A stretch of 64,000 nucleotides of DNA, taken from Terriglobia bacterium. GTDB taxonomy: Bacteria > Acidobacteriota > Terriglobia > Acidiferrales > UBA7541. The notes under the pieces were generated by a model that worked only from the letters and a program-made list of their open reading frames with translations, had not been told where the DNA came from and did not search any database. The stretch covers positions 192,001-256,000 of the forward strand of contig OY968796.1 of the NCBI GenBank assembly GCA_963695545.1, read 5' to 3'. The translations under genes were made by a program, and so were the position numbers. This document shows, one piece after another, positions 58,845-64,000 of this stretch. The first letter of the stretch is position 1. Every line of letters begins with the position of its first letter.

Positions 58845-59822
58845 CGTTGGATGCGTACCCAGGGTTTCCTCGCTCTGGGCTAAGGTGTGTCGCACGTACG
58901 GGGCATCAAAAGGGGCAGTGGCGAGTGACGAGTGGCGAGTGGCGAGAGAGCGCGGGCCCCTCGACTGCGCTCGGGACTGCGCGAAGCGCGGCGGAAGGCG
59001 GCGATTGAGGTTGGATGGGAAAGTCAAAGGCCCCACACGCAAAATCGGCGTATGGGGCACACGGGAAAACGGCAAGGCGAAGAGGAAAAAACGGGCGGGA
59101 GGCAAAACCGACTGCGGGAAAAAGGCAAGGCGAGGAGGGAGCGAAGAATGCCTTGCGGCGACAGAGGAAACCTACAGAGGGCTCCCTCGTCGCGGACTCC
59201 TCGGGATGAGGGGCGATGGGACGTGCCCCTCAGATGCGCTCGGGATGACCATTGATGACCATTATGGGAGGGGCTGAAAGGCGACGGAGAGATCCCTCGT
59301 CGCTACGCTCGCTTGGGATGACCCGATCGGAGAGAGGGCGACGGGCGTTAGGGGCGAGTGAGGAGGGAAAGAGAGAAGAGTGCCTTGCGGCGACGGAGAG
59401 GTCCCTCGTCGCTACGCTCGCTCGGGATGACGAGTGTGGGAGAAAGGGCGATGGGGCGTTAGCGGCGATTACGGCCCGAAAGCGCGAAGATGCCAGCCTG
59501 AAGGCTGGCGCTACACAAGCACAGCATGCCTTGCGGCGACGGAGAGGTCCCTCGTCGCTGCGCTCGCTCGGGATGACCAATGTGGGAGAAAGGGCGATGG
59601 GGCGTTAGCGGCGATTACGGCCCGAAAGCGCGAAGATGCCAGCCTGAAGGCTGGCGCTACGCAAGCACAGAATGCCTTGCGGCGACGGAGAGGTCCCTCG
59701 GCTGCGCTCGGGATGACCAGGTTTTTTTGGGGCGAGCAGCGCCTTGCGGCGACGGAGAGGTTCGAGAGGCGGTGGCGAGTGGCGAGTGACGAGAGGCGTG
59801 TGGCGAGAGAGGATGGGGCGTT
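58845..59822. repeat. Mosaic cluster of REP-like palindromes and heptamer repeats
   Basis: Several TCCCTCG..CGGGATGAC hairpins, TGCCTTGCGGCGACGGAGAG modules, GTGGCGA heptamers, GTAG-type REPs; includes a 146-bp unit starting at 59381, 59527 and 59673. Confidence 0.85.
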
Positions 59823-60015
59823 GAAAACTGAAACGGTCGGATATAAGGTATCGGCCGCACGGGAATTCAAAACGGAGATTCCGGCTGAGTTGCTCTGCTC
59901 GTGGGGGCGCCGTAGATAGAGCGATTTATCTGGCGTCCCGGTGATCTCGTCTACAATTCTTAGAGACAGGACAGCGGTGCGGGGCGAGCATAGTTCTATA
60001 AATGAAAGGAAGGTC

Positions 60016-60738
60016 ATGGAGAAGCAAGCAGGCGATCACGTCAACGGGAAGCCAAGTGAGACCGACGGAGCGGCCGCTAAGCCCACCTGGGCGCGCTCGG
60101 GCGAGTTTGTCACCGAGATGTTCGAGTACGACGGCGGACGGCAGGTGACGGTATACGTCCCGGCGGACCGGCCCGAAGCAATCGTCTTCGCGGGCGACGG
60201 TCAGCGAATCTCGAAGTGGTGCCGGTTGCTCGGGAAGGCCGACGTACCGTCCACAATGATCGTCGGCGTACATGGGCTGAGCGATGAGATGCTGCGGCTG
60301 CATGAGTACTCACCGGGATTTGAGCCGGAGCGGTTCGCGGCACATGAGAAGTTTTTCGTCGAAGACGTTCGGCGATGGACGGAGGCGCGGTTTGGCGTGG
60401 CGCTGCCCACTGAACGTACCGCAGTGTTCGGCGTCTCGGCGGGTGGAGAGCTGGCGCTCGCTCTTGGGCTTCGGAATCCACGTGTATACGGCGCGATCTT
60501 CTGCGCCTCGCCCGGCGGCGGTTACAAGCCGCCTGAGGTTATGCCGAGTCCGCTTCCGCGCACATACCTTGTCGCCGGAACAGAGGAGCCGTTCTTCCTC
60601 GGGAACGCAAGGAAGTGGGCGGACGCGCTGCGCGATGCGGGCGCGGACGTCGTGATGAATGAGCGAGCCGGATCGCACGGCGGCCCATTCTGGCGAGAAG
60701 AGTTCCCGCTGATGGTGGCGTGGGCATTCGGACGATGA
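60016..60738 (+). CDS. Alpha/beta-hydrolase (putative esterase)
   Basis: VTVYVP, GDG, nucleophile elbow GVSAGG, AGTEE, GSHGG..W; AAGGAAGG RBS. Confidence 0.82.
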   Translation: MEKQAGDHVNGKPSETDGAAAKPTWARSGEFVTEMFEYDGGRQVTVYVPADRPEAIVFAGDGQRISKWCRLLGKADVPSTMIVGVHGLSDEMLRLHEYSPGFEPERFAAHEKFFVEDVRRWTEARFGVALPTERTAVFGVSAGGELALALGLRNPRVYGAIFCASPGGGYKPPEVMPSPLPRTYLVAGTEEPFFLGNARKWADALRDAGADVVMNERAGSHGGPFWREEFPLMVAWAFGR

Positions 60739-61033
60739 CCCATCATAAGTACGGCATGGGGATCAGCATGAGTTAGAGATGCCGGATGTCCGATGTAAAC
60801 AGATTAATCCCGCTTCAAATATTTAGGACGTCTAGGCACGGCTTACCCGGCACGGTGGGCGGGCGTCGTTAAGGGAGTGGCGTGTGGCTAGTGGCGAGTG
60901 GCGGGAGAGGATGGGGCGCTAGCGGCGATTGCGGTTGGAGAGAGCGAAGAGTGCGTTGCGGCTACGGAGAGGCTCCTTCGCCGCGGTCCTTGCTTCGCCG
61001 GAGCTGCGGCGCCGGGCGGGCTCGATGACAACG

Positions 61034-61231
61034 TTAGGACGAAGGCTCGTGGTCCTCTGGACGCGGGCGCGCGCTTGGAGCGGCGGTGAGCGCGCGATAC
61101 TCGGCCGAGAGCGTGCGAATCTCTGCCAGAAGAACTGCGTAGTGCGGATTTTTTGCGCTGGTGTGCTCCAGCTGCGTCCACAATTCCTGAATGCGCTGCA
61201 ACTTCTGGCTTGCGACGTTCCCAATGTCCAT
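61034..61231 (-). CDS. Possible small helical protein (65 aa)
   Basis: Amphipathic two-helix pattern KLQRIQELW..YAVLLAEIRTLSAEY; sits between repeat modules. Confidence 0.4.
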   Translation of the reverse strand: MDIGNVASQKLQRIQELWTQLEHTSAKNPHYAVLLAEIRTLSAEYRALTAAPSARPRPEDHEPSS

Positions 61232-61342
61232 GCGCCGAGTCCTGAATCGGGATGATTGCCTGAGGCCGATTGGATGTGATTTGAGCGGCGAAAGATACGG
61301 CGGCGTTGCGAATTGGGCGCTAGCGGCGATTGAGGACGGAAA

Positions 61343-61453
61343 GAGCGAAGAGTGCCATGCGGCGACAGAGGAAACCTACAGAGGGCTCCCTCGTCGCGGA
61401 CCCCTCGGGATGAGGGGCGATGGGACGTGCCCCTCAGCTTCGGCCGGGATGAC
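61343..61453. repeat. 111-bp dispersed direct repeat of 59139-59249
   Basis: GAGCGAAGA.TGCC.TGCGGCGACAGAGGAAACCTACAGAGGGCTCCCTCGTCGCGGAC..GGGATGAC, near-identical copies. Confidence 0.9.
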
Positions 61454-61471
61454 AACATTGGGACAAAGGCG

Positions 61472-62692
61472 CTACTGAAGATAACGGAGGAAGAGAGTGA
61501 GATAGCGTTTGAGATTTTGGGTGATGAGGAAATTTTCTTTTACGTGTTCGTGGCCCTGCGCGCCGAGGCGCTCGGCGATTTCGGGATGCGAAAGAAGATA
61601 GCGAATCTGATAGGCGCAGCCTTCGACGGAATGGCAGAGCATTCCCGTGTGTTTGTGAATCACCTGGGTGGGAATGCCGCCAACGGCTGAAGCGACCACG
61701 GGTTTTTTCTTCCAGAGAGCTTCGGCGACGGTGAGGCCGAAGCCTTCGCGCAGACTTTTCTGGATGACAATCGTGGAGGCGCGCTGAAAGGCGTTGATTT
61801 CGAGCGGGCTCCAGGGCGGCAGTTCGAGGACGTGGACGTCGGGATCGTCGCCGGCTTCGGCGCGGACTTCGGCGAGGACCTGCGCGCCTTCGGGATCGTC
61901 GGAGGCGCTGCCGCCGACGAGAACCAACTGGCAATCGTAATAGCGCTTCACGATGCGATAGGCCTTGATGACGCCGACGGGATCTTTGGCGCGATCGAAG
62001 CGCGAAACCTGCGTGAGGATGCGGCGCGTGGGATCGACCTGGAACCGCTCGAGGACGCTTTGAACAAATTCGGGCTCGAGATCGCGATTTTTTTCGGCCA
62101 GCGGATCGATCGAGGGATAAAACAAATATTGCGGAGTCGGAAGCTGGCGCGAGAATTCGGGCGAAGAAAAAATGGCGCCATCGTAGCGCGAAACGAATTG
62201 TTCGAGGAATTGCCACACGGCGGGATTGGGGCGCGAAAGATCGATGTGGCAGCGCCAGGTCCAATGGCCGGCATTCGGGGCGCGCGCTTCGATCAGCGCG
62301 GCGGGCTGCGGATCGTGGATCACGGTGAATTCGGAGTCTCGATCGAGCAGCGAGCGATTGCGGCGATTGCATTCGAGGAAAGTTTCGAGATCTTCGGCGG
62401 TGGGCTCGCGCGTATCGCCTTGCAGCGCGTTGTGGAAGAGCTTGGTGACGTCGAAGAATTTGGCGTCGCCTTCGAGCACGGTCCAGGCGATCTGCAGGCC
62501 GAGTTCATCAATGAGCGGCACCAGGCGATTCAGGATTTCGGCCACGCCGCCGCCGACGGCGGTGGAATTGACCATTTGGACGCGGCGCCCCTGCAACGGC
62601 CGCGCGAGGGCGCGCAGTTCGTCGATCTCGAGGACGCCGAGCAGCGGCACGTACTGATCGAGCGGAATCGAGTTGAGAGTTTGCACCTGCAT
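61472..62692 (-). CDS. treT: GT4 glycosyltransferase, trehalose synthase TreT-like
   Basis: VNSTAVGGGVAEIL, HNALQG, IHDPQP, WRCHID, QVSRFD..KDP, QKSLREGFGLTVAEA. Confidence 0.85.
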   Translation of the reverse strand: MQVQTLNSIPLDQYVPLLGVLEIDELRALARPLQGRRVQMVNSTAVGGGVAEILNRLVPLIDELGLQIAWTVLEGDAKFFDVTKLFHNALQGDTREPTAEDLETFLECNRRNRSLLDRDSEFTVIHDPQPAALIEARAPNAGHWTWRCHIDLSRPNPAVWQFLEQFVSRYDGAIFSSPEFSRQLPTPQYLFYPSIDPLAEKNRDLEPEFVQSVLERFQVDPTRRILTQVSRFDRAKDPVGVIKAYRIVKRYYDCQLVLVGGSASDDPEGAQVLAEVRAEAGDDPDVHVLELPPWSPLEINAFQRASTIVIQKSLREGFGLTVAEALWKKKPVVASAVGGIPTQVIHKHTGMLCHSVEGCAYQIRYLLSHPEIAERLGAQGHEHVKENFLITQNLKRYLTLFLRYLQ

Positions 62693-63393
62693 CAGGATTG
62701 CCTCAATTCGCGGTCGATCAATCGCAGCATGACGTCGCGCGCGCTGTCGAGCGTGTTGGTGTAAATGTCGATGCGATCGATGTGATAGGCGAGCTTCTCA
62801 AGACCGAGCGAGCCGCGCAGCCACAGCGAGAAATCGTTAGTGCGCAGGCCGAGACGCAGCCGCGAAGCGATGAAGTGAAAATAAAACGATGAGTGGCTCA
62901 ATTTCGCCAGGCCCTGCTTGAATTCATCGAGCGTGCGCGCGGAAACGCCGAGCGGCATGGTGACGTCCGCGTTTTCACAGAAGTAGAAACTTTCGAGCGC
63001 GGGCTGCTGCGCGATTTGCGGATAGGCCTTGCAATAATCGGTGACGTAGCGCACCAGATCGGCGCGCAACTCGGCGATCGAAACGTAATCGCGCACATCG
63101 AGCGCGGCCATCTGCTCGGCCAATTCGCCGCGGTTGGTGGCCGAAAGAACCCATTGCGCGAAATCGTTGGAAAAACCCTCGGTGAGAAAATGATGGATGC
63201 CCAGCGTTTGGAAGCAGTGATAGAAGATCGAAGCGTCACTGCATTTCTCGAGATCGGCGGAGAGATCGTTGAGGTCGCGCGCGACCTGATTGCCGATACC
63301 CACCAGCGATGCGACGGTGATGAATTCAAAGGGCTGGCGGTCCGCGCCGCCGGCGCCGTTGCCGCTATTTGAGTTGCTGCCGTTGTTGCTCAC
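62692..63393 (-). CDS. DUF5752-like protein (TreT-associated, two internal repeats)
   Basis: Repeats SIFYH..NDFAQW and SFYFHF..NDFSLW; coupled to the treT-like gene. Confidence 0.7.
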   Translation of the reverse strand: MSNNGSNSNSGNGAGGADRQPFEFITVASLVGIGNQVARDLNDLSADLEKCSDASIFYHCFQTLGIHHFLTEGFSNDFAQWVLSATNRGELAEQMAALDVRDYVSIAELRADLVRYVTDYCKAYPQIAQQPALESFYFCENADVTMPLGVSARTLDEFKQGLAKLSHSSFYFHFIASRLRLGLRTNDFSLWLRGSLGLEKLAYHIDRIDIYTNTLDSARDVMLRLIDRELRQS

Positions 63394-64000
63394 CGAAGCT
63401 CCTCGTCGATTTTCGCAAGCGCGGTTGTGACCTCCGCCGGGCTGCGCAATTTGTAGTGCGCGCGAGTGGGCCGGCGCGTGCGGCCGACGCGCACGGTGAT
63501 GCCGCGGCGCAACGCGGTGAACGCGGATTCATCGGAGATATTGTCGCCAAAAAAAACGGGCAGCGTGCCGCGAGGGGAACCGTGATTCGACTCACTGCGC
63601 ACGGCGTGGCCTTTATCGCGGAATTTTCGCGGCAAAAGCTCCGAATCTTCCCAGTTTTCTAGGACGCGCAGGCGGCCGCGGCTGGATTTGGCGATGGTGT
63701 GCAGCGCGGCATTGAGCAGGCGGCGCGCGGACGGAGCGGCGCGTTCATAATGAATGGCGAGGAGAAAACGCTTGTCTTCAAGCCACGCCGAGGTCGCTCC
63801 TGTGAAGTAGGTGCTCAGCAGCGGCCGCAATGCGCGCTTGGCTTCGGCGAGGGCCGCGCGGTCAGCACGCGAGATTTTGGTACGCGCGCCATTTTCCCAG
63901 CCGTACGCGCCGAGATATTGAACGCGCGGCAAGCCGATGTACTGGACGAGATCGGCCCGGCGACGCCCGCTGATGATCGAGAGGCGCACGCGCGGATTGC
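63390..64000 (-). CDS. otsB: Trehalose-6-phosphate phosphatase (5' truncated by window)
   Basis: IISGRR, WLEDK..IHY, DKGHAV, FFGDNISDESAF, VRVG HAD motifs. Confidence 0.8.
   Translation of the reverse strand, partial: NPRVRLSIISGRRRADLVQYIGLPRVQYLGAYGWENGARTKISRADRAALAEAKRALRPLLSTYFTGATSAWLEDKRFLLAIHYERAAPSARRLLNAALHTIAKSSRGRLRVLENWEDSELLPRKFRDKGHAVRSESNHGSPRGTLPVFFGDNISDESAFTALRRGITVRVGRTRRPTRAHYKLRSPAEVTTALAKIDEELR

Noticed and set aside
58607..59919. ORFs across the repeat cluster (VIPSERSDEG-type translations)
   Set aside because: They are translations of palindromic repeats, not protein-like sequence
58700..61453. Integron attC cassette array (several GTTAG cores)
   Set aside because: No matching RYYYAAC inverse cores seen at suitable distance, and no integrase

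Overview
GC-rich bacterial chromosomal segment, probably Acidobacteriota (inferred from gene content and repeat families, not verified). In order: (1) a phosphate module with the 3' end of phoR, a CHRD protein, a DcaP-like porin divergent from pstSCAB-phoU, and three well-positioned Pho boxes, one of which points into a gene-free structured region; (2) a sigma54 two-component pair between two FecR/DUF6600-type secreted proteins, with a sigma54 promoter and tandem upstream sites; (3) a sulfur/nitrogen assimilation cluster: sat-tauE-cysH, hemD-like, GAF-ANTAR, split siroheme genes, ilvA, P-II, porin, glnA, ureABCEFGD; (4) a type III PKS and uronate/pectin catabolic genes; (5) an accessory zone at about 53.2-61.5 kb with a complete 2,415-bp IS1595-family element carrying a proteasome-beta-like cargo gene, lower-GC orphan genes (including DUF3800) and dense REP-like repeats; (6) a trehalose operon cut by the window edge. 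The best finding is an unannotated 40-aa leader peptide with 13 Cys codons (18802-18924) inside a complete 1:2 / 2:3 / 3:4 attenuator upstream of sat, a candidate cysteine-sensing ribosome-mediated transcription attenuator. All calls come from reading the sequence; no searches or folding programs were run.
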